Source of the DNA: Kiritimatiellia bacterium
GTDB lineage: Bacteria > Verrucomicrobiota > Kiritimatiellia > SLAD01
Direction of reading: 5' to 3'
Assembly: GCA_007136425.1 (NCBI GenBank)
Contig: SLGY01000011.1
Coordinates: 5,559 to 69,558, forward strand
DNA length: 64,000 bases
Notes under the pieces: generated by a model
The model's database searches: none
Told to the model about the DNA's origin: nothing
What the model saw: the letters and a program-made list of their open reading frames with translations, nothing else
Shown here: one piece after another, positions 10,100 to 18,971 of the stretch
How the letters are laid out: the number at the start of each line of letters is the position of its first letter
Numbering within the stretch: position 1 is the stretch's first letter
Position numbers and translations under genes: made by a program

Positions 10100-10806
10100 G
10101 TAACGAGATCAACATAACCATCAACGGCCGCGAATTGAAGGCGCGGGAACAGCAGACGATATTGGGCGTGGCGCGATCCAATGATATTTACATCCCGACC
10201 TTGTGTTTTCTTAAAGGCTTGTCCGGGGTCGGCGCGTGTCGGTTATGTCTTGTCGAAATCGAGGGTGTTCCGCGCCTGTTGCCGGCGTGTGTGACGAAGG
10301 TGACGGAAGGGATGGTGGTCACGACGGAGTCCCCGAAGCTGAAAGAGTATCGGCGCATGATTCTCGAACTCCTGTTGGCTGAGCGCAATCATGTGTGCGC
10401 GTTCTGTGTGGTGTCGGGGAATTGCGAGTTGCAGGATCTTGCGCAGCAGTTGGGTGTCACATATGTGCGTTATCCGTATCGTTTCCCGAAATACAAGGTG
10501 GACGCCACTCATGACCGGTTCTTGTACGATCCGAACCGATGCGTATTGTGTACGCGATGCATGCGCGCGTGCGAGGAAGTGGAAGGCGCGCGCACCTGGA
10601 ACGTCCGGGGACGCGGGATCCGTTCTTTCATGATCACCGACCTGAATCAGGATTGGGGCGATTCGCCGACATGTACCACGTGCGGGAAGTGCGTGGAGGC
10701 GTGTCCGACCGGCGCGCTTGCCGTCAAAGGCCGCGCCACCGGTGAGATGAAACGAAAAAAGAATGTGCTGTCACAGTTGTCGAGTATGCGAGACCGCGGG
10801 CGGTAG
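10096..10806 (+). CDS. hoxU: HoxU/NuoG N-terminal-like Fe-S subunit
   Basis: IPTLC..GACRLCLVE..PAC, HVCAFCVVSGNC, CVLCTRCMRAC, CTTCGKCVEACP. Confidence 0.92.
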   Translation: MSNEINITINGRELKAREQQTILGVARSNDIYIPTLCFLKGLSGVGACRLCLVEIEGVPRLLPACVTKVTEGMVVTTESPKLKEYRRMILELLLAERNHVCAFCVVSGNCELQDLAQQLGVTYVRYPYRFPKYKVDATHDRFLYDPNRCVLCTRCMRACEEVEGARTWNVRGRGIRSFMITDLNQDWGDSPTCTTCGKCVEACPTGALAVKGRATGEMKRKKNVLSQLSSMRDRGR

Positions 10807-11016
10807 CTGTTTCAAGCAGGTGCCGCAAGGTTCACTCGTGTGCGCTGCGCTTGTTCTATGATTATAGCGCTTTTGCCCATATCCAGACCACCCATTTCTT
10901 TGTAGCGCTCCTTTGCCGAGGGGAAGCCGCAAGACCTGTTCCTTCGGATTAAAGACGCGCGCCGTTCGGAGATAACCCGGTGACACATCGCTGGTCATGT
11001 CGGCCGGAAAAATATA

Positions 11017-11051
11017 TTGCAATAAGTAGACATATATGTCATTTTATAGCA
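11017..11051 (+). promoter_or_regulatory. AT-rich putative abiE promoter with 12-bp palindrome GACATATATGTC
   Basis: TTGCAA at 11017-11022; perfect palindrome at 11029-11040 just before ATG 11052; no SD sequence. Confidence 0.45.
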
Positions 11052-11690
11052 ATGAAAATGGCAGATTTGCAACGCATACTGGGAGATCAGGCGGTTTTTC
11101 GCACAGGGGCTATCCTTGCGGGACAGCATTCTCCGGCCAGTGTGCGGCGTCAGTTGGCGCGATGGGTGAAGGCAGGCAAGGTGGTGGTACTGCGTAAAGG
11201 TCTTTACGTATTAGCGGAACCATACGCCAAACAGTCGCCGCATCCCTTTGTACTGGCCAATGAATTGCGACGGGCATCGTACGTGAGCCTGCAATCGGCC
11301 TTGGCTTGGTATGGATGCATCCCTGAATTCGCACCGGCTACCACCAGCGTGACCACCGAGCGCCCGGAACAGCTGGATACACCCAAAGGCCGTTTCATTT
11401 TCCGTCATGTCAAACGTGATTTGATGTGGGGCATGCTGCGCATCGAAGTCGCGTCCTCGCAGCTTGCACTTATTGCCACGCCGGAAAAGGCCCTGATCGA
11501 CCTGCTTTATCTGACACCGGATAGCGATCGGCCGGACTATCTGAACGAACTACGCGTCGAACCTGCCGGAAAACTGCAACTGGGAGTGGTGTCCGAGATG
11601 GCTGAGCGCAGCGGCTCGAACAAGGTCATGCGCGCCGTCAAATATCTAGAGGGGCTTTGGCGTGAATCCGAGTGGGAGGCCCTGCAATGA
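11052..11690 (+). CDS. Type IV TA antitoxin, AbiEi family
   Basis: LARWVKAGKVVVLRKGLY wHTH, SYVSLQSALAWYGCIPE, IATPEKALIDLLY. Confidence 0.88.
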   Translation: MKMADLQRILGDQAVFRTGAILAGQHSPASVRRQLARWVKAGKVVVLRKGLYVLAEPYAKQSPHPFVLANELRRASYVSLQSALAWYGCIPEFAPATTSVTTERPEQLDTPKGRFIFRHVKRDLMWGMLRIEVASSQLALIATPEKALIDLLYLTPDSDRPDYLNELRVEPAGKLQLGVVSEMAERSGSNKVMRAVKYLEGLWRESEWEALQ

Positions 11691-12499
11691 AGGATCTGCT
11701 TCTGGCTGCGGTTCGGGATGAGCCGGACGCCTTGCGCAAACGCAACCGGGCACGCGAATTCCTGCAAGCCCGCATCCTGTTGTCGCTTCAGGATCGGGGC
11801 GCCTTTTCCAACTGGGCTTTTGTCGGCGGGACGGCGCTGCGTTTCCTCTACGATTTGCCGCGCTACTCCGAAGACTTGGATTTTTCTCTCCGCACCCCCG
11901 GTGACGAGGTCCGTTTCACACCCATCCTGCGAGCCGTGGTATCGGACCTCGACGCGGAAGCATATGAGGTAGAGGCGCGAATTAGGGAAAAGCGAACGGT
12001 CTCCACCGCCATGGTAAAGTTCCGCGGACTCCTCTACGAACTGGGCATTTCGCCTCATCGGGACGAGGCCTTTGCGGTAAGAGTAGAGATCGATGCCAAT
12101 CCACCCGCCGGCGCGGGCTTTTCGACGCGTCTCGTCAGAAAGCATTACCTGTTGAACCTTATGCAGTATGATCGCGCGTCACTCTTGGCAGGCAAGCTCC
12201 ATGCCGTCCTCGCCCGGGAATATACCAAAGGCCGCGATTTGTATGATCTCATGTGGTATCTATCCGCGCCTGCCTGGCCGGAACCCAACGTGGTACTGCT
12301 GAACAATGCCTTGCAGCAAACGGGTTGGGATGATGATGAGCTGACAGACGAAACTTGGCGACACGTGGTTTCTAATCACCTGCGTTCGGTTGACTGGAAG
12401 CGAGCGAAAGATGATCTTGCGCCTTTCCTCGAACGTAGCCGGGAATTGGCTTTCATCGAGTCGAAAACGTTTGAGAACCTGTTGTCGGAATCCCAATGA
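11687..12499 (+). CDS. Type IV TA toxin, AbiEii nucleotidyltransferase
   Basis: FVGGTALRFLYDLPRYSEDLDF, AGKLHA, KGRDLYDL; ATGA overlap with the antitoxin. Confidence 0.92.
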   Translation: MKDLLLAAVRDEPDALRKRNRAREFLQARILLSLQDRGAFSNWAFVGGTALRFLYDLPRYSEDLDFSLRTPGDEVRFTPILRAVVSDLDAEAYEVEARIREKRTVSTAMVKFRGLLYELGISPHRDEAFAVRVEIDANPPAGAGFSTRLVRKHYLLNLMQYDRASLLAGKLHAVLAREYTKGRDLYDLMWYLSAPAWPEPNVVLLNNALQQTGWDDDELTDETWRHVVSNHLRSVDWKRAKDDLAPFLERSRELAFIESKTFENLLSESQ

Positions 12500-12635
12500 A
12501 TTCGCGATAGGACAATGTATGACAGACGCTTTGAATGAGCTTATAGTGTTCGCCCCGATGCGATATTCCGCAAATAATCCGATGCCATCCTCGCCGTTGT
12601 GCGTGTAGGGTATCTATGTGTGAGGATCTATCACG

Positions 12636-13085
12636 ATGCACGAACTGGGCATAGCGCAGGAAACGTTGGACATCGCGCTGGCAGAGGCGCAACGTCAGGG
12701 CGCAGCGCGCGTGTTGTCCATGCGTTTGCGAATCGGTGACTTATCGGGGGTGGTGCCGGAGGCGCTGGAGTTCGCCCTGGAAACGATTATGGAAGGGACG
12801 CCGGCGGACGGGGCGCGTATCGTTATCGATCATATTGCGCCCCAATGCACATGTGCGACATGCGGTTTGCAATACGAGATTCACATGTCTTCGGACACGG
12901 CCTTGGAGGGGCACGCTTCCGCGTGCCCCGGGACGCGCGGAAGCGCGTCCCTCCAAGTAGGTGATACCACACTTATGAGTCCGATAACCGTGAGTTGTTC
13001 CTACGCATGTCCAAGATGTGGAGCGGTCAACACCGACCTGCTTTGCGGTAAAGAAATGGATTTGATGTCCTTGGAGGTGGCCTGA
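12636..13085 (+). CDS. hypA: Hydrogenase nickel chaperone HypA with a ~36-aa insertion
   Basis: MHELGIA, IGDLSGVVPEALEFA, CATC...CPRC, GKEMDLMSLEV; 149 aa with 48 residues between the two CxxC motifs. Confidence 0.92.
   Translation: MHELGIAQETLDIALAEAQRQGAARVLSMRLRIGDLSGVVPEALEFALETIMEGTPADGARIVIDHIAPQCTCATCGLQYEIHMSSDTALEGHASACPGTRGSASLQVGDTTLMSPITVSCSYACPRCGAVNTDLLCGKEMDLMSLEVA
12902..12957. repeat. REP-like palindromic element inside hypA
   Basis: CTTGGAGGGGCACGCTTCCGCGTGCCC-C-GGGACGCGCGGAAGCGCGTCCCTCCAAG: two inverted self-complementary units. Confidence 0.8.
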
Positions 13086-13852
13086 TGTGTGACCATTGCG
13101 GATGTACCATAGTAGATGATCATCATCATGAGCACAGCCATGATCACGATCATGAACACAACCATGATCACGCGCATGAGCGTGGCCGCGAAATTGAGGT
13201 GCAACGATCCATTCTGTCCCGTAACGAGAGGCTCGCTGAGCGCAATCGCGGGATGTTCCTGGCCCACAAGCTGACCGTATTGAACCTGATGTCCTCGCCC
13301 GGTTCAGGGAAGACGGCATTGATCGAGCGCACGGTGCAGGATGCGCGGGCCGGGTTTCGCACGGGCGTGATTGTCGGGGATCTGGCGACGGAGAACGATG
13401 CGCAACGCATTCAGGGACAAGGCGTGCCCGCCGTTCAGATTACCACGGGCACGGCGTGCCATCTCGACGCGCATATGGTGCATCACGCGTTGGAAAAGAT
13501 CGACATGGAAAGCCTGGATCTGTTGTTCATTGAGAATGTGGGCAATCTCGTCTGTCCGGCTTCGTTCGATCTGGGGGAGGAGGCGCGCGTCGTTATCATG
13601 GCGGTTACGGAAGGAGAAGATAAACCGCTGAAATATCCGGTTATTTTCAATACGGCATCGGTGGTCGTGGTAAACAAGATGGATTTGTCGGAGGCTGTGG
13701 GGTTTCAGCGGGATGCGGCCCGCGCGAATATTGCGAAAGTGGCGCCTCGCGCGGAGATCATTGAGCTTTCCGCGCGAACGGGCGAGGGGATGGACGCATG
13801 GTTCAACTGGTTGCGGCGGCGCATTGCCGGTAAAGTACCCGCGTTGTCATGA
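13085..13852 (+). CDS. hypB: Hydrogenase nickel incorporation GTPase HypB with His-rich N-terminus
   Basis: MCDHCGC, His/Asp tract, SSPGSGKT, CHLDA, ENVGNLVCPASFDLGE, EGEDKPLKYP, NKMDL. Confidence 0.97.
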   Translation: MCDHCGCTIVDDHHHEHSHDHDHEHNHDHAHERGREIEVQRSILSRNERLAERNRGMFLAHKLTVLNLMSSPGSGKTALIERTVQDARAGFRTGVIVGDLATENDAQRIQGQGVPAVQITTGTACHLDAHMVHHALEKIDMESLDLLFIENVGNLVCPASFDLGEEARVVIMAVTEGEDKPLKYPVIFNTASVVVVNKMDLSEAVGFQRDAARANIAKVAPRAEIIELSARTGEGMDAWFNWLRRRIAGKVPALS

Positions 13853-16146
13853 GTCCTGCGCTCAATATCCTGCGCCGGGATATCCATATCAGCGGGGCGG
13901 TGCAGGGGGTGGGATTTCGGCCTTTCGTTTATCGGACCGCGTCCGCGTTCGGTGTAAAAGGTTGGGTGCGCAACGATTCACAGGGGGTGACCATTCGAGC
14001 GCTGGGTTCCGAGGATCTGCTTGAACGTTTTCAGCGCGCGTTGCGTGATCGCGCACCCGAGCCGGCGCGTATCCGTGAAATACGCGTTCTCGCGGAGCGA
14101 TCGGTTGAAGACGAAGACCTGTCGGATGACTTTCGCATCCTGGACAGCGAGATGACCGAGGATGTCACGGCATCGATTTCACCCGATCTCGCCATTTGTG
14201 CGGAATGCCTGCGCGAACTGATGGATGAGAAAGATCGGCGTTATCGGTATCCCTTCATCAATTGCACCGCCTGCGGCCCGCGCTATTCGATTTTGGAAAG
14301 TATTCCCTATGATCGTGCGCATACGACCATGCGCGATTTCCAAATGTGTGAGCAGTGTGCGCGGGAATACGAGGACCCGGCTGATCGTCGTTATCACGCG
14401 CAACCCAACGCGTGTCCGGCCTGCGGCCCGCATGTCGCGCTTTGGAGCCCGTCGGGACGGGAGATGGCGGCGCAACACGACGCGTTGATTCTGGCTGCGG
14501 ACGGAATCCGCGAAGGCCGGATCGTGGCGGTCAAGGGATTGGGCGGCTTTCACTTGATGGCGGACGCGCGGAACGAGGATGCGCTTAAGGAATTAAGACG
14601 TCGCAAGGGCCGGGAAGAAAAGCCGTTGGCGTTGATGTTTCCCTGGATGGCGCTGATACGCGAGGCCTGCGACGTGAACGAACTGGAGGCGCGCACTTTG
14701 GCCGGACCGGAAGCGCCGATCGTGCTGTTACGCAAGCGGCAGAACAGCACGTGCGGATTGGCGGGCGTCGTGGCACCGGGCAATCCGTTCCTCGGTGTGA
14801 TGCTGCCCTATACCGCATTGCATTATTTGTTGATGCACGAACTCGGTATTCCCGTCGTCGCCACCAGCGGAAATCGTACGGATGAACCTCTGTGTATCGA
14901 TGAGCGAGAGGCATTACAGCGATTGGAGGGAATCGCGGACCTGTTTCTGGTGCATGACCGCCCCATTGCCCGACCGGTTGACGATTCGGTGGTGCGTGTG
15001 GCGGCGGGCCGGTTGACGATTCTGCGTCGGGCTCGCGGCTATGCGCCGAGACCGGTGCTGCTGGATCAGGCGGTGCCCGAACCGATGCTGGCGGTTGGCG
15101 CGCATCAGAAGAATGCTGTGGCGTTGGCGTTGGGTACTGAGGCCTTCATCAGTCAACATGTGGGCGATCTGGACACGGCCCCGGCCTTTCGTGCGTTCGA
15201 GGAAACCGTGCGCGCGCTTTCCGTGTTGTATTGTGCGGAGCCGAGAATCATCGCCTGTGACCAGCATCCCGACTACGCGTCTACACGATTTGCCCGGGAA
15301 ACCGACGCGCCGGTACGCGTTATCCCCATTCAGCATCATCATGCGCATATCGTGTCCTGTATGGTGGATAATCGGTTAGACGGCCGGGTGCTGGGTGTTG
15401 CGTGGGACGGCACGGGCTATGGGTCGGACGGGACCGTTTGGGGTGGGGAATTTCTTTTGGCCGACCGGAGACGCTACGAGCGAATCGGACATCTGCGGAC
15501 TTTCCCTTTACCGGGGGGCGACGCGGCGGCGCGCGAACCGCGTCGTGCCGCGTTGGGACTCCTGTACGAGTTGGGCGGACCGGAAATGCTGTTACGCGAA
15601 GACATCGCGCCGCTGCGCGATCTGAAACCCGAACAGAGTCGAATATTGAGGCAGATGCTGCAGAAAGAGATGCAAACGCCGCACACGTCCAGTGTCGGCC
15701 GGCTCTTCGATGCGGTGGCGGCTTTATTGGATGTGCGTCAGGACTGCACGTATGAAGGGCAGGCGGCGATGGAATTGGAGCACGCGGCATGGCGCGCGCC
15801 GGCCGATACCCCGCCGTATGCCATCCCGTTTTCCGACGGCCAAGCGGATTGGGCGCCGATGATCGGGCGCATACTTGAAGACCTTAAACTGAACCGCGAC
15901 AAAGACGTCATCGCGCGGTCTTTTCATGAAGGTTTGGCACGGCTGATTGTGGATATGGCCCGACTGGCGGATGAGCCGCGCGTGGTTCTGTCAGGAGGAT
16001 GCTTCCAGAACGCGCTGTTACTGGAGCGCGCTGTCGCACTATTGACCCAGGCGGGTTATACGCCATACTGGCACCATCAAGTGCCTCCCAACGACGGCGG
16101 CATTGCGCTTGGCCAACTGGCCATCGCCCTGAACACTGAACACTGA
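13849..16146 (+). CDS. hypF: Carbamoyltransferase HypF
   Basis: GAVQGVGFRPFVY, two Zn fingers (CAEC/CTACGPRY, CEQC/CPACGP), KGLGGFHL, QHHHAH, DGTGYG, PPNDGGIALGQ. Confidence 0.97.
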   Translation: MSPALNILRRDIHISGAVQGVGFRPFVYRTASAFGVKGWVRNDSQGVTIRALGSEDLLERFQRALRDRAPEPARIREIRVLAERSVEDEDLSDDFRILDSEMTEDVTASISPDLAICAECLRELMDEKDRRYRYPFINCTACGPRYSILESIPYDRAHTTMRDFQMCEQCAREYEDPADRRYHAQPNACPACGPHVALWSPSGREMAAQHDALILAADGIREGRIVAVKGLGGFHLMADARNEDALKELRRRKGREEKPLALMFPWMALIREACDVNELEARTLAGPEAPIVLLRKRQNSTCGLAGVVAPGNPFLGVMLPYTALHYLLMHELGIPVVATSGNRTDEPLCIDEREALQRLEGIADLFLVHDRPIARPVDDSVVRVAAGRLTILRRARGYAPRPVLLDQAVPEPMLAVGAHQKNAVALALGTEAFISQHVGDLDTAPAFRAFEETVRALSVLYCAEPRIIACDQHPDYASTRFARETDAPVRVIPIQHHHAHIVSCMVDNRLDGRVLGVAWDGTGYGSDGTVWGGEFLLADRRRYERIGHLRTFPLPGGDAAAREPRRAALGLLYELGGPEMLLREDIAPLRDLKPEQSRILRQMLQKEMQTPHTSSVGRLFDAVAALLDVRQDCTYEGQAAMELEHAAWRAPADTPPYAIPFSDGQADWAPMIGRILEDLKLNRDKDVIARSFHEGLARLIVDMARLADEPRVVLSGGCFQNALLLERAVALLTQAGYTPYWHHQVPPNDGGIALGQLAIALNTEH

Positions 16147-16159
16147 AAACTGAACACTG
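16130..16159. repeat. Heptamer tandem repeat (CTGAACA)n spanning the hypF stop
   Basis: ctgaacactgaacactgaaaactgaacact. Confidence 0.85.
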
Positions 16160-16162
16160 CCC

Positions 16163-16414
16163 ATGTGCCTCGCCATTCCAGGTAAAGTGATATCGATTGA
16201 GGAAGGGGAATCGGAATTGCTCCGAACGGGGCGGGTTCGGTTTGGTGGCATCGTGAAGGAGGTCAATCTGGCGTATGTCCCTGACGCCGCCGTGGACGAT
16301 TATGTGATTGTCCATGTCGGATTCGCCATCAGCAAGGTTGATCCGGATGAAGCCGCGCGGGTATTCGAGTATCTAAAGGAGATGGGTGAGTTGGAGGAGT
16401 TGGGGGAGGAGTAG
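16163..16414 (+). CDS. hypC: Hydrogenase chaperone HypC
   Basis: MCLAIPGKV, DYVIVHVGFAISK. Confidence 0.97.
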   Translation: MCLAIPGKVISIEEGESELLRTGRVRFGGIVKEVNLAYVPDAAVDDYVIVHVGFAISKVDPDEAARVFEYLKEMGELEELGEE

Positions 16415-16470
16415 GAAGTAAGAAGTAGGAAGTAGGAAGTAGGAAGTAAGAAGTGAGAAGTGAGAAGTGA
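16410..16470. repeat. Purine-rich heptamer tandem repeat (AGTAGGA/AGTAAGA/AGTGAGA), about 9 units
   Basis: agtaggaagtaagaagtaggaagtaggaagtaggaagtaagaagtgagaagtgagaagtga; contains the hypC TAG stop. Confidence 0.9.
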
Positions 16471-16480
16471 AATGTGGGAA

Positions 16481-16680
16481 GGGTTCAGGGTTCGGGGTTC
16501 AGTATTGAGAAGTGGATGGGTCATTTCGAGCGAAGTCCCGAGCGTTGCGAGGGACGAAGTCGAGAAATCTCCAGGCTGGACGTACAGTCACGGGATTCCT
16601 CGATCCTCCTTCGGAGGACTCGGAATGACCGACTCGGATCGTGCTCATCACCCTGAACCCCGAACCCTGACCCCTGAACA
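16481..16680. repeat. Nested inverted-repeat (REP/MITE-like) element between hypC and hypD
   Basis: Outer arms GGGTTCAGGGTTCGGGGTTCAG / CTGAACCCCGAACCCTGACCCC; inner arms GGTCATTTCGAG (16519) / CTCGGAATGACC (16619); internal TCCTCC-TTCG-GAGGA hairpin. Confidence 0.8.
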
Positions 16681-16689
16681 CTCATCACC

Positions 16690-17778
16690 ATGAAATACCT
16701 CGATGAATATAGAGACGCTGAAGGCGCGCGCAAGTACGCGGCGGCTCTTGCCCGGATCACGACCCGGCCGTGGACGATCATGGAAGTTTGCGGCGGACAG
16801 ACGCATGCCATCATCAAGTACGGCATCGACACGTTGTTGCCGGACGGCGTCACGCTGGCGCATGGACCCGGTTGTCCGGTGTGCGTGACGCCGGTTGAAT
16901 TGATCAACAAGGCCATTGAGATCGCGGCGCGACCGAACGTGATTTTTTGTTCGTTCGGCGACATGCTGCGTGTGCCGGGCACGGAAAGGGATCTTTTTTC
17001 GGTCAAGGCGGCCGGCGGTGACGTGCGGATTGTCTACTCGCCCATGGACGCCGTGGAACTGGCGCGGAAGAATCCGGACCGCGAAGTCGTATTTTTCGCC
17101 GTCGGTTTTGAAACCACCGCCCCGGCAAACGCAATGGCCGTGTATCGCGCGGCCAAAGATGATCTCTCGAATTTTTCGATGCTTGTGTCGCATGTGCTGG
17201 TGCCGCCGGCGATGGAGTCGGTTCTTTCCGCGCCGCAGAACAAGGTCCAGGGCTTCCTCGCCGCGGGCCACGTCTGCACCGTGATGGGCTATGAAGAGTA
17301 TCCGGCATTGGCTCGCAAATATCAGGTTCCGATTGTCGTGACCGGTTTCGAGCCGTTGGATATTTTGCAAGGGGTCTATATGGTGGTCAAACAGCTGGAA
17401 GAAGGCCGAGCGGAAGTGGAGAATCAGTATGCGCGCTCCGTGCGCAAGGAGGGCAATCGGCCCGCCATTGACATGATCCGGAAGGTGTTCACCGTAATCC
17501 CGAGAAAATGGCGCGGGGTGGGCGAAATCCCGCAAAGCGGTTTGGGGTTGCGCGACGAGTTCAAGGTGTTCGACGCCGAAACGCGATTCGGCGTGGCGGA
17601 TCAGACGGCGGAGGAAGCAAGCGAATGTATCAGCGGATTGATCCTGCAGGGCGTGAAGAAGCCGTCGGATTGCCCGGCGTTCGGCGTACGCTGCACTCCG
17701 GAAAAGCCGTTGGGCGCAACGATGGTTTCATCGGAAGGCGCCTGTGCGGCGTATTATCGGTATCGGGCCGACTCGTAA
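16690..17778 (+). CDS. hypD: Hydrogenase maturation protein HypD
   Basis: [50 protein letters not shown]. Confidence 0.97.
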   Translation: MKYLDEYRDAEGARKYAAALARITTRPWTIMEVCGGQTHAIIKYGIDTLLPDGVTLAHGPGCPVCVTPVELINKAIEIAARPNVIFCSFGDMLRVPGTERDLFSVKAAGGDVRIVYSPMDAVELARKNPDREVVFFAVGFETTAPANAMAVYRAAKDDLSNFSMLVSHVLVPPAMESVLSAPQNKVQGFLAAGHVCTVMGYEEYPALARKYQVPIVVTGFEPLDILQGVYMVVKQLEEGRAEVENQYARSVRKEGNRPAIDMIRKVFTVIPRKWRGVGEIPQSGLGLRDEFKVFDAETRFGVADQTAEEASECISGLILQGVKKPSDCPAFGVRCTPEKPLGATMVSSEGACAAYYRYRADS

Positions 17779-17825
17779 TGAGAAGAGTGTGAACAGAAGC
17801 ACGCAAAGACTATGAAGAGGTGATT

Positions 17826-17893
17826 GGTTGCAGGTTTTGGGTGATAGGTTGGATGGCAATAACCCAAAACCAAAAACCCAGAACCTACAACCC
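17826..17893. repeat. Degenerate inverted heptamer repeats between hypD and hypE
   Basis: ggttgcaggttttgggtgataggtt ... aacccaaaaccaaaaacccagaacctacaaccc. Confidence 0.6.
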
Positions 17894-17904
17894 AAGACCA
17901 TGTA

Positions 17905-18942
17905 GTGAACACCGCTTGCCCCATTCCCATTGCCGACTATCCGACCGTGACGCTTGCGCACGGAGGCGGCGGCGCGTTGATGCATCAGCTCATCGAACGG
18001 ATGTTTCGCGGCGCGTTCTCGAATGCGTTGCTGGATGCGGGGCATGATGGCGCGGTCTTCGCTGTGGACGGCGAGCGGATGGCGTTGACCACGGATTCGT
18101 ATGTGGTGCGTCCCTTATTCTTTCCCGGCGGCGATATCGGCACATTAGCGGTCAATGGGACGGTGAATGACCTGGCGATGTGCGGCGCGCAACCGCTTTA
18201 TTTGACGTTAGGCATGATCCTGGAAGAGGGGTTACCGATGGAGACCTTGTGGCGCGCGGTGCAATCCATTCAGCGCGCCGCCGGTGAAGCCGACGTGCGG
18301 ATTGTGACCGGCGATACGAAGGTGGTTGACCGCGGAAAAGGAGACGGGATCTACCTGAACACGGCTGGTACGGGTGTGCTACGGACGAAAACCGATATTG
18401 CGCCGAAGCGGATTCGGGAGGGCGACGCGATTCTTTTGAGCGGTGATATTGGCCGACACGGTATGGCCATCATGGCTGTGCGCGAGGGGTTGGAGTTCGA
18501 GAGCGAGATCCAAAGCGATTGCGCGCCGGTGGTCGAACCGGTAATGGCCTTGTTGAATGCGGGCGTAGAGGTGCACAGCTTGCGCGACCTGACGCGCGGC
18601 GGTTTGGCCGGCGGGCTGATCGAACACGCGCGGACCGCGGGGATGACGGTGCGGATCTCGGAAGCCCGGATTCCGGTGCGGGAAGAGGTGCAGGGCGCCT
18701 GCGAATTGCTCGGTCTGGACCCCTTGTACGTGGCCAATGAGGGGCGTTTCATCGTGTTTGTGCCGCAGGATCAGGCTGAGCGGGCGTTGACCGTCATGCG
18801 CGCATGTGCGGTATCCTCCGAAGCGACGCAGATCGGCTCGGTAACCGGGCGAGACCGCGCGGTGGTGCATATGGAGAGCCGGATCGGTTCGCTGCGCATT
18901 GTGGACCTGCTGAGCGGCGAACAATTGCCGCGCATATGCTGA
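17905..18942 (+). CDS. hypE: Carbamoyl dehydratase HypE
   Basis: [43 protein letters not shown]-terminal LPRIC; GTG start. Confidence 0.97.
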   Translation: MNTACPIPIADYPTVTLAHGGGGALMHQLIERMFRGAFSNALLDAGHDGAVFAVDGERMALTTDSYVVRPLFFPGGDIGTLAVNGTVNDLAMCGAQPLYLTLGMILEEGLPMETLWRAVQSIQRAAGEADVRIVTGDTKVVDRGKGDGIYLNTAGTGVLRTKTDIAPKRIREGDAILLSGDIGRHGMAIMAVREGLEFESEIQSDCAPVVEPVMALLNAGVEVHSLRDLTRGGLAGGLIEHARTAGMTVRISEARIPVREEVQGACELLGLDPLYVANEGRFIVFVPQDQAERALTVMRACAVSSEATQIGSVTGRDRAVVHMESRIGSLRIVDLLSGEQLPRIC

Positions 18943-18971
18943 CGCCAAAGTTCATCCATACGGCGACAGGA

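Noticed and set aside
10807..11016. Pseudogene remnant between hoxU and abiEi
   Set aside because: Short frames with no identifiable homology by eye.
13115..13180. CATGAT-like repeats in hypB as a DNA repeat element
   Set aside because: Explained by the ordinary His/Asp-rich Ni-binding tract.
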